A stretch of 64,000 nucleotides of DNA from Candidatus Thorarchaeota archaeon (GCA_963726195.1 CAVSBO010000016.1:128001-192000); one strand, 5' to 3'; shown: positions 10,456-20,982, numbered from the stretch's first letter. Notes: a model not told the origin generated them from the sequence alone. Made by a program: numbers and translations.

Positions 10456-11507
10456 TTAGGTCTGCTACCATCTGGTATTCATGAGGGGCGCTCTCGCGAA
10501 CACGCTTCACTTGTCCTATTTCCAGTACTTCTCGTCCATTGCTCTTGATTAGCCCTGCAACTCTCTCGACCAGTTGCTGTTCAGGATTCTGCACCCCGAC
10601 AAATTCGTAATAGTGAACTATTCCGCCCTTCTTGACCGCTTGACAGGCCTGTCTCATGAATTGGAATGAATTCGAAGGATGGTTCATTATGACACGATCT
10701 GCATTCCGATTGAAGTTGTCCATAACGTAGTCGCGCGAATCCGCGACGACCGGAACGATGTCACCTTTGAGAACGATTCATCCTAATGCTCTGTTCCAAC
10801 AACTTGATGGCTTCGGGATTAATGTCGATGGCCACAATCTGCGAACTGCTGAGTCTGGCGATGTGCAACGCAAAACAGCCGACACCGGTGAACATGTCCA
10901 CGACCAGTTCGCCATCATTTACCTGCTTGGCTACCCTCTGATGTTCTTCAAGCAATCTGGGACTGAAGTAGGCAGCGGCCAAGTCTACAGCTATTCTGCA
11001 TCCATATTCCAGCTGCACCGTTGCTGTCTTGTTGTTACCCGCGAGGAATTCGTATTCTCGTGTCCTTGTTATGCCCGATACAGCTCCCTTCTTTGCGAGC
11101 ACCGTTGAGACACTCTTGTGTGCCGCCAGAAACGCTTGGCCTATCTGCTGCTTGTATTGCGACATCTCATCAGGGATTTCAAGCACCGCTATGTCCCCTA
11201 CCAAGTCGTACGCCCGGGGAAGTAGTCCAACCTCCTCCTCAGTCAACTTGCCACCCAGTGCGTCCTTGAGAGTCTTGGGAGTTCGCAAGACCGGGACAAA
11301 ACGCCTGACACCGGTTTCAAAGGCCTCACTTCCGACAATGCTGTGAATCTTCTGAGTCTCCAACTCCCCTAGTAGAGGAAAGAACAGCATGTCATCCTCT
11401 GATTCGATTTTGCAGTCGGTATCGAGCAGTCGTGCACGCAAGAGAGCCTTCCTGACTCTGTCTCCCAGACTCGCGGACACCTTAAGGAAAAACCTGTCAG
11501 GAGACAT
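10445..11507 (-). CDS. trm5: tRNA m1G37 / wyosine methyltransferase Trm5-family, frameshifted near 10770
   Basis: YDLVGDIAV, YFSPRL..E, VVDMFTGVGCF; downstream frame ADRVIMN.P, GGIVHYY. Confidence 0.88.
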
Positions 11508-11559
11508 CGAACCGGACTATGGATAGATGCCTACAGAAACCTATCGGAAGTATCTTAGG

Positions 11560-11700
11560 GTTATAGTTTAGCCTTTCATTGGACATCTTAGATAAACTTG
11601 CGGCTTCACCAGTTCATCGAGATGCCTCGCGAGTTCATCGGCATCTCTCGTCTCCGCCGCTATCAAGGGTAACCCGGCCGGAAGTACTGCGGCATCGAAC
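11560..11700 (-). ncRNA. Putative TnpB omegaRNA scaffold overlapping the tnpB 3' end
   Basis: Inverted repeat GAGATGCC...GGCATCTC and doubled CGATGAACT in the low-similarity C-terminal tail; omegaRNAs characteristically sit here. Confidence 0.5.
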
Positions 11701-12788
11701 CACGAAACTTCCGGTGAAACTCCTCTCATCTTTAGGTAAATGTTGATGCCCGCGTTGAACTGCCGGTCGATTTTCAATCCACATGACGGACACTCGAAGA
11801 CCTTCTCAGCTCTCAGGGATTTGTTTGTTGCCCCGCACCTACTGCAGCGCTTCGATGTCCATGCCGGATTTACCTCGATGGTCTCGGCTTTGTTCTTCAC
11901 GAGCTGGCAGAGTTGCCGCCAGTCCGCATGGTCAAGATTGCGGTTCCAGCGGTGTTGATGGTTCTTGAACAGGTATTTCTTCTCCAAATCCTCGAACCCG
12001 TGGATTGCGGGAACCTCTGTCATCTGGTCGGCAACGTGGCGCAGGAATTCCTTCACTCGGTTCCTGCACCGTGCGCGGTACTTTGCATAGAGCTTCTTGC
12101 CCGCCTTTTTGCTCCGTGCATAGACCCTGTTGATGTTTCTCAGCTTGTTGTCATACGTGACGTGGATGGTGTGCAACGGCTTGATGTCCACCTTGACCCA
12201 ACCACGACTCCTCGAATATCCATCGATGGAGAGCAAGTTGGAGTCCCACCCGACCATGTTCCTCTTGTCTGCCTCAGCATCCGGAAGTGTGATTGGGATG
12301 TGCACTTTAGTGTCGGTGAGGATCGGTTCTCCAATCTTCCCGTCCAGCGCAAAGTACCGCTTGGAGAGGTCGATGTAGACAAACTGATTCGGCTTGATTG
12401 AGATTCGCATCCGTTCGTTCTCAACCTTCATCAATGTTTGTTTCACCCGGACGAAGAACCGCTTCACGACGGGCTTGTTTCGCTTCCGCCATCCCTTGTT
12501 GTAGTTCTTCTTCCATGAGTCGATGATGGAGAACGCGGTCTTCAGTGCGGAGTCGATCCAGTGCGCGGAATACTCCCACCCGTCGAGGAATTCGCCCCGC
12601 ATCTGCTTCTTGAACGCATAGCTGGGGATTGACGGGAATACCCGCACCTGTTTGTCGCTCTTCTTCGGCTTCTCCGTCCAGTGGATGTTTTCCCAGATCT
12701 CGGAGATCATCTTGTTGAGCGCATCCCGATAGGCCAAGAAGAACCCATCTAAGCGGAGGCCATGCTTGAGCGTATATGTTTTAATCAC
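11568..12788 (-). CDS. tnpB: TnpB RNA-guided endonuclease family protein
   Basis: RuvC-I VGWDSN, RuvC-II FEDL, zinc ribbon TSKRCSRCG...CPSCG, RuvC-III-like DRQFNAGINI. Confidence 0.92.
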   Translation of the reverse strand: MIKTYTLKHGLRLDGFFLAYRDALNKMISEIWENIHWTEKPKKSDKQVRVFPSIPSYAFKKQMRGEFLDGWEYSAHWIDSALKTAFSIIDSWKKNYNKGWRKRNKPVVKRFFVRVKQTLMKVENERMRISIKPNQFVYIDLSKRYFALDGKIGEPILTDTKVHIPITLPDAEADKRNMVGWDSNLLSIDGYSRSRGWVKVDIKPLHTIHVTYDNKLRNINRVYARSKKAGKKLYAKYRARCRNRVKEFLRHVADQMTEVPAIHGFEDLEKKYLFKNHQHRWNRNLDHADWRQLCQLVKNKAETIEVNPAWTSKRCSRCGATNKSLRAEKVFECPSCGLKIDRQFNAGINIYLKMRGVSPEVSWFDAAVLPAGLPLIAAETRDADELARHLDELVKPQVYLRCPMKG

Positions 12789-12953
12789 TCGACATCATCT
12801 TTACCCACGATGATGCTCCTAGCGGCGTCGACCATCCGTTTCGACTTGTGGCTTCGCAAGCTGTGCGGCTTTCCCGAAAAGTGCGCGATGATCGCAATAA
12901 GGTCTCGGACGAGTTTCTCTCGTGGAGTGGTGTAGGCACCGCGTTGTTTTCAT
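12785..12953 (-). pseudogene. tnpA: Internally deleted IS607-family TnpA serine recombinase (C-terminal remnant)
   Basis: Manual translation TPREKLVRDLIAIIAHFSGKPHSLRSHKSKRMVDAA...* resembles the IS607 TnpA C-terminus (ELVxDLxxIIxxFxGxxYxxRSHK); the stop overlaps the tnpB start as GTGA. Confidence 0.8.
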
Positions 12954-13098
12954 GCGTCCACTACGGGCCGTACGTTCTTTGAGGGAGTATATAAACCACG
13001 CACTGCGGAAGGCGTTCTCGTAATAAGAGCCTCCGTCACGTACTACGAAGTTGTATTTCTGGCTGCGGGCATGGCTCCAAATGCATTCTGTCCAGATA

Positions 13099-14187
13099 CT
13101 ACACACCTAACCTAGTAGTACTAATGAACTCCTTGCCGTACCCATCCTTTGTACCCACCATAATCTGATAAAATGCCCTCTTGTCGCGGCCACGTTTTCT
13201 AGAAGTAGGTTCTACTCTCTGTACCACTCCGGTGACGTCAACCTTGTCACCGGGTTGCAGTAGGCCTCTGAAGATTCCGTCGTAAATCATGATGCGAGTC
13301 ACGATATTGCCTTGGGTCGCGTCTGTGGGTTTCGAAGTGCCCTCATATATCGCAGGCATAAATATCCCATACCTCGAATCTTCAATCTCCATGCTGATGG
13401 TAACTGGATTTTCAACTAGTGATTTGTAATGCTCGTCCCCGTAGCGTATTGGTGCCTGTGTTGGCAATAGCACAGGCATTACCCCAATTCCCCTTCCTTC
13501 AAGATGGAATTCCCTGCGCCGGGAGGACAGCGTTTCGTAGGCATTGGAGACCGATGTTGGCAGCTTGTTTGCGGACGTGGAATCCCCTGAACGCCTACCT
13601 GAGAAATCTCCAACACGGACGCAGCTGTTCTGCTCTGCAATTTCGTCATAGCCTTCCTGAAGGCGCCACGCTTCTTTGAAACCATAGACATTCATGTTGA
13701 TGTCCGAACGCTTGGGGTCGTGAGCCTTCCAAGAAATGCTGCCAGTGACTCCGAGGCTGTCGAAGGAGATGTCGAGCGTATCATGTATGATTTCGGCCAA
13801 CCGCATGGCGCCTGCTTCGAGCTCGTCGAGCGGGCCTTCGTGAATTATCTCTCTCAGTCTCAACTCGGGACTAAAGTATCGTTTAACATCCTTCCTTGGC
13901 AGCTCGAGCAACTCCGTATGGAAGTGCAGGTCGTCGACCAGATACGTCGAAGGCACCAAGCTCATGCCCTCGACTACAGAGCTGACTTGGCCCCAGAAAA
14001 TGCGCCTGTAACTTGTGCTTCCGCTATGCCAGTCGCCGTCTCGGTCTGGAATGTATTTCAAGAAGCAGATTATGCGGTCTTGTGGCTGTACATATCCAAG
14101 AGTGACAAAGACCCGCCCGTCTATATCATGAACCACATCGCGATCTCTCAGTTGTTTGGGCAGGCGGGTCGTGGCGGCCTTGGTCAA
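13099..14187 (-). CDS. Predicted nucleotidyltransferase (archaeal COG1665-like)
   Basis: LRDRD, LKYIP, LGVTGS...SDINMNVYG (GS + DxD-like); C-terminal OB-like GDKVDVTG. Confidence 0.75.
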   Translation of the reverse strand: MTKAATTRLPKQLRDRDVVHDIDGRVFVTLGYVQPQDRIICFLKYIPDRDGDWHSGSTSYRRIFWGQVSSVVEGMSLVPSTYLVDDLHFHTELLELPRKDVKRYFSPELRLREIIHEGPLDELEAGAMRLAEIIHDTLDISFDSLGVTGSISWKAHDPKRSDINMNVYGFKEAWRLQEGYDEIAEQNSCVRVGDFSGRRSGDSTSANKLPTSVSNAYETLSSRRREFHLEGRGIGVMPVLLPTQAPIRYGDEHYKSLVENPVTISMEIEDSRYGIFMPAIYEGTSKPTDATQGNIVTRIMIYDGIFRGLLQPGDKVDVTGVVQRVEPTSRKRGRDKRAFYQIMVGTKDGYGKEFISTTRLGV

Positions 14188-14271
14188 GGCTCAGTTCCTC
14201 TTGGTGACTGAAAATTGAGAGTTAGACTGATTAAGATGATGTTTCGCAGATTGAAAAATGGAGCCCTGTAG

Positions 14272-15492
14272 ATGAGAATTCTTCATGTCTGCGACAGCCT
14301 GAACCCAGCAGGGGTTGGGGGATACGAGTCATACTTGCATCATCTATCCCGAGTGTTCGCATCTGAAGGGCACGAATCGTTCATAGTGACTCAGTCGCCT
14401 GGTATTGAGTCGCCCGAGTCCATAACACAACCACATTGTCGACTGTTCCACCTTTCAGGCAATTTGCTGGAGGCCAGGAAGTGGGAATTCTTGTCGTTGC
14501 CTGAGGAGAGGAGGGCTTCAGCAGCAAAAAGCATGTTCAGTGAGAATGATGTCACTGCTGACGTTCAAATTTTGACAGGCCAACTCAGAACACTGGTCCG
14601 AGACCTGAACCCCGACGTAATCCATGCACACAGCACATACGTCGTCTTCAACAGAGTATTGGCAGAAGTGCGTCGTGACGGGATGCTTGCTGGGATACCG
14701 GTACTCGCGACAATCCACGGTCTTCCCAAAACTCTCGTCCTTCCGGACGGAAGAACAACAACCGACTACGAGCAGCTCGCTCAATCCTGTCCGTTTGATA
14801 CAATTACTGCGGTGAGCAAGTGCGTAGCGGTTGCTTTGCGTGAACACCTCCCCAAGGGGCTAGATGACTTGGTCCAAGTGCTCTACCTTGGGGTGGATAC
14901 ATCTGTCTTCCGACCTCAGATCCACGCGAACAAGCGCTGGGACTTGGCATTCTTTGGCAGAATTGAGCAGGTCAAGGCTGTAGACCTGTTGCCAAGCGTA
15001 TTATCGGCTCTAAGACTCCGCCTTTCGGAGATTCGTTTGGTAATTACCGGAGAAGGGTCATATCGAAGGACGCTCTTCGACGAATTCAAGAGAGAAGATG
15101 TTACAGATTTGGTAGACTATCTAGGCGTTGTGCCCATCGAGACGATTCCGAACCTTCTAAACAGTACCCGGGTCTTTCTTTATCCCTCAAGACAAGAAGC
15201 CCTTGGCCTATCATTGATTGAAGCAATGGCCTGTGGCGTTCCCGTAATAACCACGAATGTCTTCGGTCCCTCTGAGATAGTGACACACGCTCGTGACGGC
15301 ATCGCTGTGAGACCGGGAGATTCGATAGAGCTGTCCGAAGCAGTCCTAGAAGTACTCACTGACTCCCAACTGCGCTCCAGACTTGGACGGAATGCACGTA
15401 AGACCGTAGAGAAGCGATTCGACCTGAAGAAACACTCCGAGCAGTTGCTCTTGCTTTACCGTGGGTTAAGGCATGCTCGTCATCAATCATAA
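14272..15492 (+). CDS. Glycosyltransferase family 4
   Basis: VGGYE, PDVIHAH, FFGRI..VK, PSRQEALGLSLIEAMACGVPVI. Confidence 0.93.
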   Translation: MRILHVCDSLNPAGVGGYESYLHHLSRVFASEGHESFIVTQSPGIESPESITQPHCRLFHLSGNLLEARKWEFLSLPEERRASAAKSMFSENDVTADVQILTGQLRTLVRDLNPDVIHAHSTYVVFNRVLAEVRRDGMLAGIPVLATIHGLPKTLVLPDGRTTTDYEQLAQSCPFDTITAVSKCVAVALREHLPKGLDDLVQVLYLGVDTSVFRPQIHANKRWDLAFFGRIEQVKAVDLLPSVLSALRLRLSEIRLVITGEGSYRRTLFDEFKREDVTDLVDYLGVVPIETIPNLLNSTRVFLYPSRQEALGLSLIEAMACGVPVITTNVFGPSEIVTHARDGIAVRPGDSIELSEAVLEVLTDSQLRSRLGRNARKTVEKRFDLKKHSEQLLLLYRGLRHARHQS

Positions 15493-15524
15493 GTCACTCA
15501 AGGGCACGCAAGGATATGTAACGG

Positions 15525-15663
15525 TGGCGGGCCAGGGGGGATTCGAACCCCCGACCAACAGGTTTCTCGGCCTCTCAGCGGATGCTGAATGATCTAAGAG
15601 CCTGTCGCTTTGGGCGGCCTTGGCTTTACAGCACATCGCTATACCTGGCTTAGCCACTGGCCC
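15525..15663 (-). tRNA. tRNA-Lys(CTT) with two 31-nt introns (D-arm region ~15610-15640; canonical 37/38 at 15564-15594), CCA encoded
   Basis: Acceptor GGGCCAG/CTGGCCC, D arm GCTA/TAGC, anticodon stem ACAGG/CCTGT with loop CT-CTT-AA after splicing, T arm GGGGG-TTCGAAT-CCCCC. Confidence 0.88.
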
Positions 15664-15866
15664 GGTGAGTTGGCATCTCGCCCATTTCTGGTTATAGAGA
15701 TTTCGGAGCATTCCCGCGACAATCAGGAAGTTGATTTCAAGACGGTTAGATTAGCAGTTCGCGGTCGCTCATTCATTCTCTCGTGTCCTATGTCTAGAGG
15801 AAGGCGTTTGTCACGAACTGTACTCAGCGTTTGCAGTAATGTTTCAGCCGGTTCTCTCGGTCTCCT

Positions 15867-17771
15867 TCATGGTGTTTCCCACCATCTCTCGAACTCCTGG
15901 CCCCTATGTTCTATTTCTGTGATTGCTTTCTCCGTTTTGATAGGTCTGCTTTTCAGAAATGTCTTCATCAGCTCCCTCTTTCTGATATCATTGGGTGGAG
16001 TGATTATGCCAAGCTTCGCAGTGTCCTTGACGCTTTTTGTTCGAGCATTCCAGGCCACACTCACTCTACCTGTGGCGGGGTAGTATCGGATCATATAGGG
16101 TTTCGTCTCGACAGCCACGCCCAAGCTCCGAGCAATCTCAGTTTCATCCATAATCAATCTGTTACGATTGCGTCCCACGATTTCTTGTAGATTGGCGGGA
16201 ATTCGGGCAGTCTCATTGTCCGAGTTCTCAGCCAACTCATGCAGCCGTCCCCACGATAGTGACCACGCTTTCTTCCCACGATCCCCATGTTGCCTGATAA
16301 GCCCTATTTCCTGTTCTCCGGCTTTTGGCTCGAATCCATATTTTTCTGCCTTATTCCCTGCATGCAGTGCGTTGGCACGAGTCCATATTACCTTTCCTTG
16401 ACCAACACATCCCTCTTGACATATCAGGTCCTCCATGTATGCTCGCCTGACTCTCTCGGAGCCCTCCGTGATGCTTGAGAAAAGGCCCGGATTCTGAAGA
16501 GTCCTATCGCCTGCTGGAATACCCAAGGACATCAATGCTATTCCTATGACAGAAGGAAAATGAGTCATGTAATGGCCTTGACCCTCGACATACCTTGGTG
16601 TGGGATCGATGTCTCCGAAGCGTCTGAAGCTCTCCACAACCCTATCGATTCGACTTATCTCGGGCTCGCCGTACTTGATTACCCCATTCGGTTCAATCGT
16701 GCAGTCTGAAACCACTGTTGCCGTAATCCTTGAAATTGCAATCTCACGTTCCTCTCGCCCGGGAAAGCGAGGGTTCTGAAGCCCACCTGGTCCACCACGT
16801 CCTGCAATCTTTGATATCTGGCCATTCAAGTCGGAAAGAGTCTTTCCTGAAATGTCATTCATCAGACTGACATGGTCTCCCCGAATTCGGTGAGTGCGCA
16901 CGTTAACGCAATTGGGTTCTACCGGGTCTGTCAATAGCTGGGGAGCCAGCTTGTCAAGACGCTTCAGGATTTCATCTCTACTTCGACCTTCTAGCCCCAG
17001 AGCACCTCCAAAATCAGTGATGTATCTGTTGAATGTCGTCACATCACGGAAACAATAATACAGGCTGCCATAGGCATTCTCAAGTCTAGTAGGAGTTAGG
17101 TCTGGTTTCCATAGATAGAGCGTTCCATCGTCCATTCCGTACCGAACACCCCCTTTCCTATCGAGGAACTCGTGAGTCTGATGGAGTGCCTGTCCAAGAG
17201 AGTGAACCTCCTCTGTTGACAGGGACGAACTCTCCTGAATGTCCATACGGAATATCCTCGATGATTCGGGTAACCTACGACTGAGGCTTTCCAAGGCACG
17301 AGAGAGACTATCCTTGTTCATGTCCCCGAAATCGGAAAACACCTGTCTTGACTCATTTCTGGATATTCTCTGAAGCCCCTTATTCGGCTCTCTTACACCC
17401 TCCTTTCGTTCCTTGAACTCTGTTCCTGTCTTCTCCGAGATATCCTCGATTCCAGCCCTCTCACCGAACTTCTGGGCAATCTTCTTCGACTTCTTCTCGG
17501 TAGCATCTTCTTGGTTCTCAGTCTCCTGAGATCTGAGACGCTCTCTGCCTGTCAAGACAGGTCTTCCGTTCATGTCGCCCCTCTGAGACAGGTGACCTTC
17601 CTTTGGCTCGACCCCCTCACTTCGTCTTCTAGGCGCTCTGCCATTGGTCTCCGACCGTCGTCTTACCTTGAACTCGTCTGCTATTCGACTTGATTCTGTT
17701 TCGGCCAGTTTCTGCCGGTCGGTGTTATCTCTCGGTTGTCGGGACTCCTTAGGTTGCAGTCGTCTACTCAC
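15867..17771 (-). CDS. Hypothetical protein: charged low-complexity N-terminus plus degenerate two-motif LAGLIDADG-like endonuclease domain
   Basis: Motif 1-like SRITATVVSDCTI, linker LMSLGIPAGDRT..NPGL, motif 2-like RRAYMEDLICQEGCV. Confidence 0.6.
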   Translation of the reverse strand: MSRRLQPKESRQPRDNTDRQKLAETESSRIADEFKVRRRSETNGRAPRRRSEGVEPKEGHLSQRGDMNGRPVLTGRERLRSQETENQEDATEKKSKKIAQKFGERAGIEDISEKTGTEFKERKEGVREPNKGLQRISRNESRQVFSDFGDMNKDSLSRALESLSRRLPESSRIFRMDIQESSSLSTEEVHSLGQALHQTHEFLDRKGGVRYGMDDGTLYLWKPDLTPTRLENAYGSLYYCFRDVTTFNRYITDFGGALGLEGRSRDEILKRLDKLAPQLLTDPVEPNCVNVRTHRIRGDHVSLMNDISGKTLSDLNGQISKIAGRGGPGGLQNPRFPGREEREIAISRITATVVSDCTIEPNGVIKYGEPEISRIDRVVESFRRFGDIDPTPRYVEGQGHYMTHFPSVIGIALMSLGIPAGDRTLQNPGLFSSITEGSERVRRAYMEDLICQEGCVGQGKVIWTRANALHAGNKAEKYGFEPKAGEQEIGLIRQHGDRGKKAWSLSWGRLHELAENSDNETARIPANLQEIVGRNRNRLIMDETEIARSLGVAVETKPYMIRYYPATGRVSVAWNARTKSVKDTAKLGIITPPNDIRKRELMKTFLKSRPIKTEKAITEIEHRGQEFERWWETP

Positions 17772-18150
17772 CCTCCTGTACCGATTGCTTGTTGTGAAAT
17801 GCCCTGAACTTCTCAGTTATGGTGTTTGATAGTTCTTCAGCGTGCTCCTGCACCCCCGCACCTAGGTCACTCCAATGGCCACCTGAACTCTTTGTCGTGG
17901 TATCCTCTTTCTGTGCCAGCTGGAGTTTCCAACGCATGGACCTTGATAGTTGTTCAATTCGGGACTCCTCCTCTGTCATATCTTGAGGGAGCAGTCTTCT
18001 GCGATTCGGGTCATCTCTCCTCACAATGACAATGTTCCTTGCAATCTCCTTTGCAAGCATGTGGGTCCGCTCATCTTCTTTGGACTCTCTTGCCGAAGCA
18101 ACCCGTTCTGCTACACCAGCTCTGTCGGCGGGCACAAACTCAGGAGGCAT
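17764..18150 (-). CDS. Hypothetical helical protein, translationally coupled to both neighbours
   Basis: 128-aa ORF overlapping the upstream ATPase end and the downstream gene start. Confidence 0.65.
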   Translation of the reverse strand: MPPEFVPADRAGVAERVASARESKEDERTHMLAKEIARNIVIVRRDDPNRRRLLPQDMTEEESRIEQLSRSMRWKLQLAQKEDTTTKSSGGHWSDLGAGVQEHAEELSNTITEKFRAFHNKQSVQEGE

Positions 18151-20824
18151 GAAGACTCCTTCTTCGGTCCTTGCTCAGAGGGTTTTCATTCAGGAGATTC
18201 GAGATAAGTGCGAAGTCGGGCTGTCGCGGTGGAGGACCGCACAAGGCAGACGCAAGTTCAACTATGGTGAAAGCTGTCTCGAACGGGGTTATTCGAACAT
18301 AGGGCATGTGTAAGGCATAGTGCGCGACCAGCTCTTCAAGCATGGTTGACTCCGGATTTTCGACGCACTCTGCAAGAGATTCTTCGTACAAGTTACGAAA
18401 GGCCTTTGTTTGGACCATGTCTCGAATCTGTGCCACAGACCTGTCGCCATCCTGTTCGGAATCCTCTTGTGCCATGCGACGCCTTAGAACAGGAATGGTT
18501 GGGGTCTTGGCAAACTCAGGATGATGCGCGTAGAAGTCAAGCATCCGCCTCTTCACGTCAGCATCAGTCCAAACCCTGTTCATCTCTGGGTAGTAGTCCG
18601 GGTCGTGAATGACTCTCACCTTTGCTGGAACTATGCTCGATGGCTCCGCAATCACAGCTTCTCCTGTCTGGAGAGCGGGAATGTGCGCTTTCTGTTCATC
18701 ATTCGAGTTTGTTTCGGCAGCCATGAGCTCGATGTCATCAGGACTCGTGAGCTTGTGCACGATCCGTGTGTGGCAGTTCTTTATCGCATCCCGGGCAAGG
18801 CGAGTCGGTATCTGCTCGCACAGAACAACACCCAATCCATAGCTCTTGCTTCAGCAATCATGTTGACGAACTGGTTGACCACCTGACGCTTGGCCATCGC
18901 ATGCTCGCCCATGTCTAGAGTCTTCGGCAACTCCTCCAAGACACGGTGTGCCTCATCTACGACAAGGAGAGGCTCGTAATCTGTCCGACGGGCCGAGCTG
19001 CCTGAAGTACTCGTAGACTCGCACGAGAAGCAGGCTGAGCACGAATGCCTTGAACTCGGGGTCAGTGAGGGGTTCGAGTTCGATGATTGTAGGCTTCGAT
19101 ATGATTTCGGACATGGGCAGGTTGCTTACCGTGTTGAATATCGCAGCTCGTGCCGGACTGCATAGGTCTTCGGCCCTCGCGATTAGCGCGCCATGGAAAT
19201 CCTGAGACAACTCAGAGCCATACTGCAAGACCTCCTCGCAATACCTGTCAACCTCTTCACGGAAGGAGTCGAGAGTGATGACATTGCCACGGACTTCGTT
19301 CACGGGGTCCCAGCCGTTGTGAATGTAGGTTTCTTCAAGCATCCTTCGGACATGGTTTGCCAACATACCGTAGAGCGGCCATGCAGCCACAAAACAGGAG
19401 TAAAGGAAGCCGATATGGGACTGTACTGGTACGCCCGGCTCAGGCATGAAGGGATTATCCCGCCAAGGTGCAATGCTCTCCTGTCCAACAGTGAAGAGCC
19501 TCATCTCAGGAATAACTCCAAGCAGAATGCGAGCATCTGTCTTGACTGGTTCGATGATCAGACTAGGTACGCCATTCTTCCATGCGTCGATGATTAACCT
19601 GTTCTTGGATGTGCTCTTTCCGGTGCCTGTCTTCCCAACGATTGTCACATGATATCGGAGAGATTCGAGCTCGATTGTCTTGAGATAACGAGGGTCTGGA
19701 GAGTCTAGGCGGTAAGGCTGGCCCAAGACAACCTTGCCGGGCTGAAAGGCTACGTCCTGCGAACCTCTCCCGACCGACTGACTGCCGGCAGTTGTGAAGG
19801 ATGCCGGGCTTGAAGACGCAAGGCCGAGCTCAATACTAGGAATCTCGAACAGACTGACTGCTTCGGCAGGTGTGAGGAGCGTCGCAGGAAGTTGCCCCTT
19901 GCCCACGAGCAATCTGCGCAGAATCTCAAGAGCCTTCGTTCCTTTGAAGCGATTGACTCTCATCTGTTGTTTACTGTCAGCAGAGGATATGGTGGAGAGT
20001 AGTACGCCGACTGCACGGTCCAGAGCCGTCCCGGCATTCTCCGAACCCCAGAAGGCAAGCGCTACCTGACAAGCGAGAACTCTTCCAGACTGCATCCTCT
20101 GATATGTTGCCTCGTGCGCTGATGAAAGCCTCATGGAGTCTACATCAACCTTGGACCCACTCTCTTGCGACCGGAGCAATCCTGAGCTGCCACGCTGACG
20201 TTGCGACCTTTCCAAGGCCGACTTGTATCGCTTTTTCGACAAATAGCGAACAAGGTACTCAGGCCTTCTCGGCCGTGCCGAGACCTGATACAATGCCGTA
20301 CCGGGATATTGAGCCATGATGTGAGCAAGTCCGTTCAACGGCTGATCTGCTGGCTTAGGCACTCCTTTCACGACAACAATTTCGCATGGTAACTCAAGAG
20401 GGGGCAGAGAGTCAAAGACGTGTGCTATCTGGAAATCAGGGAACTGTGCCAAGAACGCCGACTCTATGGCGCTCACACTTGGTTGGCTGCGCATCCCTCC
20501 ATAGAGCAGGCGGATGTTACCAGCGTTTGCCTCAAATCTGAAGTGTACAGACAGATTGGCAAACATCAAGGCACCGAGGAAACGCTCAAACTTAGCTCTC
20601 CTGCCTGCAGAACCATGTCCGTCCGCTTGCTCGTGGCGTGGAGACTCTGTTAGGACGATATACCCACGAGGTATCTTTTCGATCCTAGCACCCACGGTTG
20701 CGATTCTTCTTGACACATCGCTCCTGACTCTCAAGAGTAGGTGGCGCTCATCCCTAAATAACGCCACAGGAGAGGCCGTGTTGCGGTTAAGGTAGTCCAA
20801 CCACATAATCATCTCTCTTGCCAA
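18140..20824 (-). CDS. HerA/FtsK/VirB4-like ATPase (DUF87-type) with long N-terminal domain, frameshifted around 18840-18975
   Basis: Walker A HVTIVGKTGTGKS; shifted-frame Walker B LVVDEAHR; MIAEAR...GVVLCEQIP...IKNCHTRIVH. Confidence 0.85.
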
Positions 20825-20982
20825 TTCAGTAGAACGGGCTTACTTATCCAGTCGGGGTAAGTGCGGACAGTGGCGATTAAGGGAACAATCAAGAACAAAG
20901 AGTTTAGTTGTCTCTAGAGAGACGACAGTTGCTGAAAGTAAGGAATGGCGATTAAACAGGAACACCGTTGTCATTGGACAGG

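Larger units (their letters stand above)
11540..13090 (-). mobile_element. Non-autonomous IS607-family element (delta-tnpA + tnpB); ends approximate
   Basis: tnpA remnant coupled to tnpB; lies between trm5 and a nucleotidyltransferase gene; TATA-like TTTATATA (minus strand) at 12988-12995. Confidence 0.72.

Noticed and set aside
11568-13090. TnpB as a Cas12f with a CRISPR array
   Set aside because: No repeat-spacer array or cas1/cas2 in the window; the upstream DNA is a tnpA remnant.
15558-15605. Alternative splice giving a CTA (amber/pyrrolysine) or CGA anticodon
   Set aside because: Those junctions give no BHB pairing. The 37/38 junction giving CTT fits best and the body looks like tRNA-Lys.
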